Below, piece after piece: positions 1-12,346 of a stretch of 64,000 nucleotides of DNA. The notes under the pieces are model-generated. The model saw only the letters and a list, made by a program, of their open reading frames with translations. It ran no database searches and was not told the DNA's origin. Made by a program: the position numbers and the translations under genes. The first letter of the stretch is position 1; each line of letters starts with the position of its first letter. The stretch is from Blasia pusilla (Eukaryota): assembly GCA_050084515.1 (NCBI GenBank), contig CM114271.1, forward strand, positions 16,368,001 to 16,432,000, written 5' to 3'.

Positions 1-905
1 CCCCAGCACGTGTCTTCGTGATGCCTCAGTCATCCCTGGCACCGCCGTAGTACCGGTAGTGAACCCCATGGCGCGCTCGCGCTCATCTGCTGTAGGCTCC
101 TCCAATACTCTGGTCACCTCATCCCAAATCATGCTTGGCCCTCCCTGACGAAAGGCATGGGATGATGGGAAGCTCACCAACGCAGGTAAGGCTGCCCTCA
201 ACTCCCCCACCCTATTGGCCGTGGCCAACGGTGGTCTATCATCCCGTGTCACCACGTGAGATCTAAGCCCTGAGCCCGAAAAAGCATACATTGTGAAATG
301 TGGTGCTCTCTGGACTCCACTGTATGCTCGACTCAGTACCTTTGGTTGTATCAGGCTCGTCCACCACAGTCGTGGACGATGGGCACGTGACCCAACTCTC
401 GCTGCATCTAACAACACAGAAGGTCCCAACCAGGACCTCACCTGATGTACACTCGTCATCACATGTGCACGAGTATCTCCCAACAATGGCACGTTCTCCA
501 AAATGTACGCTGGAGAACATATCTGACCCTCCTACAAGTGTCGTACTTCTCGCAGCATCTCCCAAAACATCCCTGACCTCGGATCCTGCAATCCAAATCC
601 TCGGCCAGCTCATGAATGACCCTGACATGGCCATCCAACAATCACCAAATGAATCGTGCCAACTCTATCCAGATCCTGCGCCCCCACCAAAGATATGTCG
701 GCGGGTAGCGTATGTTGGTATCCCCGTACTACAGATACCGACAACAACTCAGGATACCTCTGGACCAATCTCGCCACGTGACGTAATGATACTCGCCGCG
801 CGGTCTCATCTCTCTCCACATAAAGGTACTGATGCACCCGTATGCCCGCCTGCAATACTACAGCCAATCCGGTGCTAATCCCTCCGAAGAGATCTAACAC
901 CCTAA
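1..905 (-). pseudogene. C5 cytosine DNA methyltransferase domain of copy 1
   Basis: Motif I VLDLFGGIS, motif II YVERD, motif IV GWPCQGHS, motif VI YILENV, motif VIII RAHRPRLWW, motif IX-like EPTADERERAMGF. Interrupted by in-frame TGA/TAG codons. Confidence 0.9.
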
Positions 906-1272
906 CACCCTCCTCTCGGCACTGCCACACAACAGGTCTGGTATCTAGTGGGGTCATCGTCTCCACTCCAAGAGCCCGATCGCCATGTGACTCTCGCTGC
1001 TCTGGGATAAAAACATGACTCCACGCCTGCCTCACGAGGTCGTCGGCACTCCTCTGTAGCTCTCGAGTCGTACCCCATAATGGTGAAGAGGCATCGCTAA
1101 CATGGGAAGAGACACCCGCCATGGCCTGTCTCTCCGTGGGACTATCCGCTACTGGGACATCCTCCGCATGTGCGTTCCCCTCCAACAACTCTCCTGGCCA
1201 GCTAACACTACTTGTGAAAGCGGCCAACATGGTCACAGACTCGCCTCGTGATCGACCACCTCGTCCCGCAAA

Positions 1273-2037
1273 CTACACGGGTAACTCACTCATCCGACCG
1301 TCACCTGACCGCCATCCTGGCTGATAAGCAACGGTCTCCTCCCAGAAGTCAAGGATGAATCCAAGGGGATATAACACTATACTCCCCACCAACACATCAT
1401 ACGACTCAGCTGGTGTCGTAATCGCACGTGTGAGCACCATAGCACTATCCGTCGCATGCTCTGGCTGGACTCTGACAACAATCTCCTGTCGAGTCATATA
1501 CTGAGTGGGTGATACGCCCCCAATCGAGGTCTGTATCTCGAAGGGACAAGGCTCAATGTCGGCCTTCCGTAACCCCAACGCTAAACACGCCGCCTTCCCT
1601 AACATCAAGGGTTGCGCTCCCGAATCAAGTAGGACGCGCTGCGGGTGGTATACTGTCCCCGTCGGACTAACCAAGCAAAATACTCCATCCCGGTTATCTA
1701 GTAACACTACTCCATGTGTCACCACTGTTCGCTCTATGGCCGGTCGAGCTTGCATATCTACCAACTTTGCCGCCGCCGCATGCCATGACTCTGTGGGAAA
1801 CGTCCCAAGCACCGGCTCTGAGGGCAAGTCCACCACCTCCTCAACTACCTCTGAACAAGAAGCAGTCACCTCTCCACGCTCACACAACGTGGCGGCCAAC
1901 CGAAACACCTCAGCTGGTCCATCTCCCAACGTCGCCAACTCTATGGCGGAAAATAGTGGAGTCTGACTCACTCTGGTGGCCACCTCCAACACTATGGTCG
2001 ACGTTGACTCCACTCGAGCCGGCATAGGAGTTGTCAC
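1273..2037 (-). pseudogene. Retroviral-type aspartic protease region of copy 1
   Basis: VLLDSGAQPL active-site motif and downstream YDVLVGS. In frame with the MTase-containing ORF 610..1236 apart from one TAG, which is CAA (Gln) in copy 2. Confidence 0.85.
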
Positions 2038-3533
2038 TCCAACTCCTCGTGACGTCGACTACACATGAATCCCATACTAGAGAGATCCTCACCCGGGTCA
2101 GGGTAAGAGGTAGAGAGTGGAGTCACACTAGCTGCTCGCAGCTCCGTGCCTTCCCCAAGTTGCATCATTGTCATGGCAGCAATCCTCTGCTCCAACTGAT
2201 CGATGCGTGAGAGAAGCGCCGGCTCTGGTGCTCCTACTCCATCTCCTCTGGCTGGTGATGGTCCTCTACCACCTCGTCCAGGAAGAACTCCTCGACCTCC
2301 TCCAGGACGACCGCCCCCAGGCCCTCGGCCTACCTCTGGACGTGCCCCTCGTCGAAGGTCAAAACATCTATCCCTAGTGTGACCATATCTGTGGCAATGG
2401 TCACACTGGTGCTGTGGTGGGGCCATCCTTTGTGGCTCCTGAGCAATTGGAGGCGCTGGTGGTCCTCTCCCATGCTGTTGGCAGTCTCTTTGCCTATGGG
2501 CCCCTCCACACGTCCAACAAGACCACATCGGTCCCTGTTGGGCAACATATGTAGGTGCGGGTCGTTGCCTCATAGGCTCACGGTACCCGCCCTGCTCTCT
2601 AGGCACATTGGCCCGCTCCCGTGGTACTCGTGCTCGTTGTGGCACCTGTGGGGTCACCGCCGCTCGTGCACCCGTCGACTCTCGAGAAAATCCAGCGGTC
2701 ACTACCTGCTCCTCACTCATGTTGAGCTCAATACGCTCAGACAACTCAAAGACCACCTTCAATGTGGGCTTCGCTGTGTGAATCAGCACTGCATCTCGGA
2801 CTCTCCTCCGTAGTTCTCGGTCCAGAACCCTGTACCAATACTGGACTGACTGGGCCTCAGTCACTCCAAACAAAGCAATGATCAGCCTCCTCATGCGTGT
2901 GAATGCCTCTCTTAGACTCTCACCCGATCGTCGCTGAAAATCCTGTAGACTCTTCAGCTTGTCGGTGCGTACGCCCTGGTAGCTCTTCCCCAACTGTCGG
3001 AAGAACTCCATTTTGGGGTTGAAGCTGGGTGGCCCTCTACCACCAGAGGTCTTTGCCATATTGCCTCTCTCACTGCCCTCCTCTCCATATAGTCTCCGGG
3101 CTGATGGTGTGGGTCTCTCTCCTCTCACAATCCCATCATATGCCTCGCGACCACTAGTGGACACATACCCTGGAGCCCAATACATCCTCCAGGCATCGAT
3201 CTTTACTGAATATAGTGATCAAAAATTCATGTAGTCATCCATCGGGTGACCCTCTAAGTGCTGGAACAACCCCTTCCATGCCATGAAAGGGTTGAACCGT
3301 GTCGAGGTCCGTATCTCTTGGATGAAATCATCTAAGTCGATGGTGCCCACTGCACCCAAGAAACGATGCATGCCCCGATGGCCCATGTCGTTTGTCTCCT
3401 GCCAAGTACTACTGTCTCTATCGGTGATCTCGTCACCACACCCAGTGTCCAGTGATGACGATCCAGTCACAGATGGATGTCGAGGGAGCTCCTCACTAGT
3501 AACCCCTCGGTATCTCACTCCACTCCGTGTCAC
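2034..3533 (-). pseudogene. Gag of copy 1 with two zinc knuckles
   Basis: Retrotransposon-gag-like FQRRSGESLREAFTRM segment; knuckles CWTCGGAHRQRDC and CDHCHRYGHTRDRC; RGG-rich tail. Confidence 0.85.
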
Positions 3534-4279
3534 ACCACTACCACTGCTCGCACTACCCGGTTCTTCCGAACCCTGGAAGAACGCCGTGATGACAAACCCT
3601 GTCTCACCCGCTCAAGCACTCAGACTCACCAAGAGTCTCCCACACGCCTCACTAGCTCACCTATGCTAACGTCAATCCCGTGATGACATACCCGGCCTCA
3701 CGCACGCTCCACACTCGGGCTCACGATGAGCCTCCCAACTGACTCACCTAACCTAGCGACACTATCTCGGGTCATGCACGCGACCCCTACTCGGAAACCG
3801 CCATATATCCACCAACATGCTACACATGAAAAGAATCTACACTCGTCACCATCACTACACCCATCTAGCACCAGCTACTACCCGATACCCAGCACTCTCA
3901 ATCACACACGACAAGTGCGGGAAAAGGGACTCGAATGGGTAACCTGATCACGCCCTCCAACCTGGTGCATCGTTAATATGCACTCCTCCTCATGAGATGA
4001 CAATCTCCACAACATAACACTCCCCTCGACCAACATGTTGATCCTCCCGTCAACAGATGCGGACAACCCGTCAGCATCATGCACACTGCCCGTTCGGCCC
4101 GTGGCCTCCCTACGGGAGGAGAGGGGAGAAAGGGGGTTGCGTCCGCCCATGGCCTTCCGAACAGAAAAATGACACAAAAAACGTCACACACACGTCTCCA
4201 GGGGCTCCTGACCAAGGCAACTCGCTTGCCTACCTGCAAACAACAAATTCCCACCAGCCCCCTGACATCTTTCTCATGT

Positions 4280-4870
4280 AAAAATAAAGAGTAGTAAAAA
4301 TGGCACACCCGGCCTTAAACTCCACTCCTCAATCTACATCGGCATATCGAGCCTCGTCCACCCTGTGCTATCAAGGAATCCGGACGCTAGCACCCTAGTC
4401 CTAGCTCACACACATACAAGGGAGGTGCTCCAACGGCCCAACATGAGAAAGATGGCTTAGGAAAGCCATCTTCCTCTCTTATATAGCCCTTCCCTTGGTA
4501 ACCTGCGCGCACAAGTTACCAGGGGCAGGTGACCTGGTCAACAAGTCACCCGGCTGTAAAAGACCTCAACATGAAAGTTGTCAGAAACAACGTTCCTGAC
4601 ACAATGGACCTATCCTCAACCTCATCCGACACTATGGGACAAAGTTACACTCGAGATAGTCCATTGGCTCCTACGCCCTATCCACGATAGATCTCGGCCT
4701 ATCGGCTACTCAGATGTGACAGTTGTCATGTGCATACATATCGCTACACAACATACATCGCTTGTCACATTTACACCACACAACACCGATCTTCCCCACA
4801 CACGGGTCAATCCACACATGTACAAAAATCAACTCATAGATCTCGGCCTATCGGCTACTCAGATGTGAGA
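4280..4870 (-). repeat. Terminal repeat block of copy 1: A fragment (4836-4870), B fragment (4724-4838), 2-bp spacer, full A (4280-4721)
   Basis: Direct match to the A and B segments of copy 2. Junction TGACA-GT-TGTCA at 4717-4728. Confidence 0.88.
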
Positions 4871-6275
4871 GAGAAGAAGATTCGCCCCTCACCACTTTCA
4901 CCACGGACTGGGGAACTTTCGCATATCGCGTGATGCCCTTTGGGTTGTGCAATGCCCCAGCTACCTTCCAACGAATGATGATCTCCATCTTCCAAGAGTA
5001 TCTGCGGAAGTTTGTTGAAATTTTCTTGGATGATTTTTGTATCTTTAGTACAGAGGCCGAACACCTGGAAAAATTAGAATTAACCCTCGCTCGTTGTCGA
5101 GAAGTGCACTTGTCCCTCCATCCAGAAAAATCGTATATTGCTATGAAACAAGGGATCTTGTTGGGACACAGAGTGTCGGCTCAAGGAATTGAAGTCGACA
5201 GGGCTAAGGTGGATATTATCGTCGCATTGGAACCACCCACCAATCTCCGAGAATTGAGAGGATTCTTGGGACACGTCGGATACTATCGAAGGTTTATTTA
5301 AGATTATGCGGTAAAAGCAAGAGCTCTTACTGCATTACTTAAAAAATCTACAGAATGGGAGTGGACTCCACCTTGCCAAGCGGCATTTGACACTTTAAAA
5401 AGGGCATTGCAAACAGCTCTTGTACTCCGGTCCCCTGATTGGACCAAACCCCTCCACGTATATGTGGACACATCCTCGTTTGCCATTGGAGTGGTGCTCA
5501 GCCAACTAGATGACAACAAACATGACTTTCCGGTTTACTACGCCTGACGGCAACTCTCTTCGGCGGAACAGAAATATACAACCACTGAACGAGAGGCACG
5601 AGGCATGGTCTTCTCGTGTAAAAAGTTTCGACACTATTTATTAGGTTACGAATTTTTCTTCCACGTCGACCATTTCGCGCTCAGACCATTAATGGTGAAG
5701 GCAGACTTGTCCGGTCGCATTGCGCGATGGATCCTTCTGCTCCAAGAATTCACATTCGATGTGGTTACCCGTGCCGGCAAGGTGCATACCAATGCGGATT
5801 TTCTTTCCAGGTTGAGGATGACGAACGCGGACCTCACCCAATCCGTCGATGATACCTTTCCCGACGAAGACCTGTTCCAGATTACGGAGGACCGGTTGTG
5901 CCAATCCTTTTATTAGGATATTTTGCGTTTTTAAATTACTCTGCCACTTCCTGGCCCTATGACAGCGGACGAACGTGTTGTTTTCTTACATAAGATAGGA
6001 CCATATGAGATATGTCAAGGGATCCTATTCAAATTAGGTGTGGATGAAGAGTATCGACGACGCTTGGAAGCATAAGAAATCCCCCAAGTCATCAGAGCCA
6101 TGCATACGGCTGATTCTGGTGGACATTATGCGATAAAAAACACCGTCAAGAAAATCTTGGCCGCACGTTATTGGTGGCCAACTATGTACAAAGATGTAGG
6201 TCACTCTATCCAGAGTTGTGATGCCTGTCAAAGAGCAGGTCGACCCACGGCAACCTCGCGATGACCTTTGGTACC
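4871..6275 (+). pseudogene. Decayed Ty3/Gypsy pol fragment of a different, non-MTase family (RT C-half, RNase H, integrase zinc-binding domain)
   Basis: FAYRVMPFGLCNAPATFQRMM, FLDDF, FLGHVGYYRRFI, VDTSSFAIG, NADFLSR, H..GGHY...CDACQR. Several stop codons. Confidence 0.9.
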
Positions 6276-8133
6276 TAATAGTAAAGATGAGATGGGGGAA
6301 GTGCATGGGGAGAGGTTTTGTAAAGTGGAAGTTTGGAAAATGGAATGAAAGGTGACACATAGGTGGACACTAATAGGACCTAATCGTAGTATCCACTATA
6401 TTATAAAAACCAACTTTTTCGGTTCGACATATCAATGCCAATGCTTGCCCCTTCTCCTAGTGCAAACACTTGAGCTTCTGACACATGGCATTTTGGGCCA
6501 ATCATAGAGCAGCATTTTTTGCTGGTTTGACACGTGATTTCCATGACTCTATAGCCATTGGATGGAGCTCTTTCTAGCCATTTAATGGGTCTGCTTAGGG
6601 TTTTGGTGCATTTTTTGTAATAGCCTATAATGTTTTTTTTTTGACCGATTCAAAATTTATGTTCTTAAGACACTTGACGTCTGTTCAACGAGGTAGGCCA
6701 ATCGATGAAACAACCCTCTCGCTTCTCAAAGAGTTGTTAGGGCTTACAACATTTGAGGACCTTGCAGCGTAGAACGTATGTATTTGTTATACCCAAAATT
6801 GAAACTCCCAAACCGATACACTTCAGGCTCTGCTCAGGTAACATCATGTCCTTCATTCCATTTTCTCATGCAACCAAATAACAGAAGCCATTGAAGCTTG
6901 ATTTGGAGTTTCTGAGGTTTATATATATACAATTACACGTGTCTTCTCTAACATAGGTTGAATAAGAGTCTCTGAGCTCTACCTTAGGGCCTTTATGCAA
7001 GATACTAATGTGGTGTTTTAGAGACTAGCTCTAATGTTACAAGATGCTAATATTCATGCATTCTAGGTACTCCGCAAAGTGTTTGGCAGCTCCCATTCTT
7101 GGTTCAGCTCCTTCAACAAGTCCCGGTTCGAAAGCGCCTCTTGATTCAACAAGTGTTGCATCACCTCCCGTCTCCGAAAACTCCCGGTTTGAAGTGCTCC
7201 TCTAGGTTCAACTGCAACTCCAAGACCTTCTAAACCATCTCCCCTCCCTTGCTCTTGATACAACTACTATCTCTGCAACCGACTTCTCAACAAAGGTGTA
7301 GAACAGATCGAAGCTACAAAAAAGACCAGGATGACATCGAGAATAATAGCGAAGAAGTCCACACAAGGAAAGGGAAAGAGTATATCCAAGGTGACTTAAT
7401 CGAAAAAGCATTGCGGTGTAAAGGAGTAAAGGAGTCGTAAGAAAATTTTACCACAACAAACAAACATTGACATTCTAATTCTCCAATGGCCACAAATAAA
7501 ATGATTGGACGACCCCCTCATAAAAGTCCGGTCTACCAATTGGCAACACCACACACACAACACAAGCACCATAATCCTGCCCTCTCCTCGGATTATAGTG
7601 CCATCTCTTCGTCTACATGACCCATTTAAGCCAAAGATCCCCCCGACACCGAGTTGTATTTCCACAACCTTTAGCAACTTACCAAGAATATTGGTCTTCT
7701 CCACTTGTCCCCACCCCTTTTATGCTTTAAGAAAAAACGATTTTCTTAAAGCATAAAAGAAAAATCGTTAGATAATAATGTTTCCTCATAATGGCTACCA
7801 AATAGCCATAAGAATTCGTTCCTCAGTTGTAGAGGAACGAGGGCCACAGGAAATGTGCACCCTCCAAAGGAGAGAGAGATGGGGAGGAGGAGAGACGAAG
7901 TGAAATGGATCCGCCCATGGCGGAGGATGAGACGATGGCAGGACAGAGCTCCAGGGTCGGTGGGCTGTGCACTGCAGGCTGTGGCGAAATTGGGAGCTGG
8001 GTAGTAGCAGCAGCAGAAGGAGAAGTGCCGTTGGTTGCAGCGCCTCATGCCCGAGTAGGCCTCCAACAGTTGTGGGCTGCTTTAGCTGCGAGGAAGTGGA
8101 GTCCCAGTTCGTGAGTGACTGTGTGCCATCAAT

Positions 8134-8160
<27 letters not shown>
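8134..8160. repeat. (AGC)n microsatellite upstream of the CLPF start codon
   Basis: Visible agcagcagc run. Confidence 0.8.
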
Positions 8161-8165
<5 letters not shown>

Positions 8166-8245
8166 TCGGTTTTTCGGGTGGGTGAATCAATCGGCAGGGC
8201 CCCTGTCGGTGGAGTGGATTTTAGAGCGCGACTGAGTTGAATTCA

Positions 8246-11200
8246 ATGGCAGCTGCCGGGGCTTGGGCTGGAGCCAGTGGAGGCGGAATTCGGGCAGTGG
8301 ATCGGCCCAGCTCCTCAGGGGCATCGTGTGGGAGGAATTTGAGCAGAAGCGTTAGCTGTGGAAGGAGGAGTGGAGTTGTGAGGGTGGTTGCATCCGGAGC
8401 TCTTTCTTCTTGTTCTTGCTCTTCCAGGGAATGGTGGAGAGCCGCTGGTGCACGAATTGGGAAGGTTTCTGCCGCTGCTCGAGGTGACAGTGAAGCGGAG
8501 CGGAGAACTCAAAGGAGGGCAGCGTCCGAGCGAAGCGAGAGGTGCAATGAGGAGCTGCTGATGTTCCTGTTTCAGTTGGATCTCTCTACTCGACTCCAGG
8601 TGAGTGGCTGTTTCGCTCTTGGATCCTAAGATGATACGGGACTGTAATTGTGAATCATTTGCATCACAATTGGTCTGATTCTGTCTTCGTCATTCCCCTT
8701 ACTGACCAGACTTTCAAGCATGGACATGGATGGGTCCAGGTTTTCTGCAAGCAGATGTGGCAGAGTATGCATAACGTAGTTATAGTCTGAGACATTGTAA
8801 TGTTGAGAATGGTAGGATGGGGACGATTCGCGAGTGAATATGAAATGGGATTGGTGGCTCCGTTTGTGTTCTGGTGCGTATGAATTATGAATAAGATGTG
8901 AACCATCAGAAGAGCAGCTGCTGAAGTAATCGTCGAGAGAGTTCAGATTAGGATTTCACGAATTCTGAATTGTAGTGTGGAATGTGATACGATGTTCTAG
9001 AAATTGCTGATGAGAATCAAGTGATTGTTCCTGTGCATCCATGAGACCTACGGGACTGGGAATTACAATGCGTGGAGTGCTCGGGTAGGCAAGATGAAGG
9101 CAATACAAACCATAGTGTCGAGAGAAGCTGAATGTATTAGCTATTCTTCTCTAGAACAATTTCTATAGATACTACAAGTTTAACCCAAACGTTAAAAGAT
9201 GATTAAGTTGAGCGTGATTCCCTCTGGACGTGAAAGCACTCACAGTTATGGATGGCCCTAGAACTATCTTCTAATTGTTGGTTCTTCATCGTTAATTGCA
9301 TCCAAAATGCAGTGTTATCATACTTTGCTTTTCATTTCTATATGTGAACGCTTTGATCTAATTAGCCTCATCTGAATCTGGACAGGGATTGATGGTACTG
9401 AGTAGACTTCGCAGCTGAAAAGTTGAAAGAAATGTCGATGAGTGATACTTAGTGTCTCTCAAGGACATTAAAACTAGGTTTATCATAATATCTGAATTGC
9501 ACTTGAGAATGCGAAACTTGTAGTATCTATAGGAATTGGTCTAGATGTTTTGTTGAACAGATGTTTTGTTTCAGGTGGTTGATTGAAAAGACTGATTTGT
9601 GACCTGAATTTTGATTCGGAGAGGTTTCTCGTACTTTTGGCTTTGATACTGATGAAATCATTATCTTAAAGTCTGACTACCTGTTCATCAGCACAACACT
9701 GTTGCTGAATACAAATCTACTTGAATGTCGCACATGCTGCCCACGGAGTGATAGGAAGCTGAACGAAAGTAGAGTGTCAAGGCCTATCCTGCCCTGTTCT
9801 GCTTTCTTGAGCTGGCCTCTCACCCTGTCAATAAATTAATTCTACATGCCCCATGGACTTTCCATTTGACATCGCTCTCGTCATTATCTTTTTTATGACC
9901 TTGGCCTGTTTCATCTATTGCTAACTAAATATCTTTGGGTTGCCGTTGAAATTTTCCATCTGAACGACAGCGTGCATTGAACAGTGAGCAGTATGAAGCA
10001 GCCAAGCAGCTCCGTGAAAAAATAGCAGAGGTACTGGTTCTTTGGGTTCTACTGTGAATTTCTGTCACTAGGATGTGCAAATGCTTTACTCAATTGGATT
10101 AACCGAAGGCCTAGTAGTTCTCATCCTGCAGCGTCGGCTATGCAGGATTCTTTACAATCTGGAAGAATTTGATGTATGGAATTTAGTCCTGTGATCTTGG
10201 GTAGTGCCTTGAACAAGTCTCTACAAATCTCTAGTTCATCAATTTGGTTTTGTATCATAAAAAATGTGCTGAGGACCTCAGCTGGATGAACTGAGGTTTT
10301 CTGGTGACTGGTCCCAGGTAGACCAGGAAGTGGCACGGCAAAGAGAAGGAAAGATGGGGTCTATCTCATCTAAAGATGAAGCTCAAGATAAAGCTCTCAC
10401 AGTTCTGCGCCTCAAGTATAGCATCTCCTCCTCTTTAAGTACCTGGGCCTAAATAGACAAAAGATTATGCCAGTTTGTAAATTTCTTGTGAAGTTTCCTG
10501 GGCAATCAGTCGTCTTGAAAGGAGCAGGAAGCTTGATGAATGGCATGTTGACTTAGGGTTTGGACGACACTTCATCCAAGAAAGTAGTTGGGCAGTTTCA
10601 TGACACTCAAATTCTCGTCTTTTTTAGCAAGGGTGGGTCAGTGGTGTGAGAGCCTTTTTGATCGTGCAGTTACTCCCACACAATAATATTCCATAAAGTG
10701 TTTGATAGAATACCACTGCCCAACTCTCACGTCATCATGTGCACTTACCATAGCATGCCTCTAGGCATGAGGCAGCAGAAGCACAATTCACCTCCCCACC
10801 TAATACTTTCCCTCACCTCCAATTGCTTCAGGGCTGAGCTGCAGAGGGCAATAGAAACAGAAGATTACCCAGGTGCAGCCCGGATTCGAGACAGTATCTC
10901 CAAGGTTGAGGTATGTTCAGAAACTGTTTTTATCTCTGTAACGTGGGGCTTCTAACAGTGCTTCCTCAATTGACTTTCAAACGCTTGCAATTTTCTATGA
11001 AGTTTACCCAGCACAGGTGATGGAATGTGGAATTGCAACTTGGTCTTGTTTTGGGAGTTGTCTTCTTGATATTATTATTGTCGTACTTGTCCAGGCTGAC
11101 TCACTAGCAGCATCCGCAAAGGCGCTAGTGTCTCAAAATCTGAAGTATACATTCCGACTAGGTCAACGTGTAAAGCACAAAATTCATGGTAAGAAGCAAG

Positions 11201-12346
11201 CCACGAGTAGAGAAAAGATATCTAATTCTTGTATATTCTGCTTGTGCTCTTGACACCCTCAGAAGTTTATCTTCTATCGTGGGCATTGTTGACCATAGGC
11301 ACTTAAATCTTACTGAACTTTTGCTCAAGGTTTCTTCATTCACTGTCTTTCAGATACTGTTGTCTGCTTGAATCCTGTTCAGGTTATCAAGGTGTGATCG
11401 GTGGGATGGACCCACAATGCTGTGAGTCCGAAGACTGGGTTGAAGCAGCTGGTATCAACCAGCTATCTGGAGGAAAGAATCAGCCCTTTTATCATGTACG
11501 ATTGCAGAACCCAATGGTTCTCTTTCTAGACCTCAGCACATGGGTTTAGGAGCAAGTATGACCAGTACTCATGAATGTAATGATGTGAGGCAAGTGGCTC
11601 AGCTGGCCTATATTTTGCTCCCAACAAGCGTATCCTTGTGTTCAGGTTTTGGTGAGAATACAAGAAGATCCTAGTGAGCCACCATTTTTGGTGGCTTATG
11701 GTAAGTAAGGCAGGCCTTCCCTGTATGTAGAAATTTCTGTTGAGCAGTATCGATTTCCAGGTTTATGTGTTGACTTCAGAGCTTCTGGGCTTTACTACAA
11801 TTCCGATATGCTTCAGAGGACATGCTCAAGTTCTGAGTAACGGCCTTTTCTGCTCAGTCAGACTTAGCCCAAGTTTTCGAGATGGATAGATTTCATTCCA
11901 CTCTGTCTGTGCCCCTGATGTGACTCTCACAGCATCTTCCGTAGCTTATCTTATGTTTGTGTTCGTGTGTTGCAGTGGCCGAAGAGAACCTCATCATTCC
12001 AGATGAGCAAGATATAGTAAGTATTTGTCCACTGGTCTCCAAGATGATTGAATACTACGTTGCGAGTGAAGTTGGAACTTAGTTCAAGTATGTAGTTATG
12101 GGATCACCAAAGACTTCTTAGACAGAGTAGGGCCAACACTTCACCATGGAAACAGGTATTTTCTAACTAGTCACTGTATTTCAGGGGCGCTTTGATCATC
12201 CATACACGTACTTTCTTTTCTATGGGATGGATGGCGCGGGGGATTTCATTCCATCGAAGCAGTTACGGGAGAAATACAACGCACCTCGACACGAGCTTCC
12301 TTATGAGGAAGATGATGGCTCTTCCAGTAGTGAGGGACCGTCATGA
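8246..12346 (+). CDS. CLPF: Chloroplast Clp protease adaptor ClpF (UVR + YccV-like domains). Exons 8246-8599, 9971-10030, 10318-10415, 10832-10910, 11095-11188, 11383-11495, 11646-11700, 11976-12016, 12185-12346
   Basis: Ser/Arg-rich transit peptide, NEELLMFLFQLDLSTRLQRALNSEQYEAA, UVR motif LQRAIETEDYPGAARIRD, FRLGQRVKHK, NQPFYHVLV, YVAEENL, RFDHPYTYFLFYGMDGAGDFIP. GT-AG introns give a continuous frame. Confidence 0.9.

Larger units (their letters stand above)
1..4870 (-). mobile_element. Methyltransferase-carrying Ty3/Gypsy-type retrotransposon, copy 1 (5' half; runs off the window start), inserted into another Gypsy pol
   Basis: Closely similar to 22589-28400 on the opposite strand. Order: repeat A/B block (4280-4870), leader, gag, protease, C5-MTase. 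An unrelated RT starts abruptly at 4871. Confidence 0.93.
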
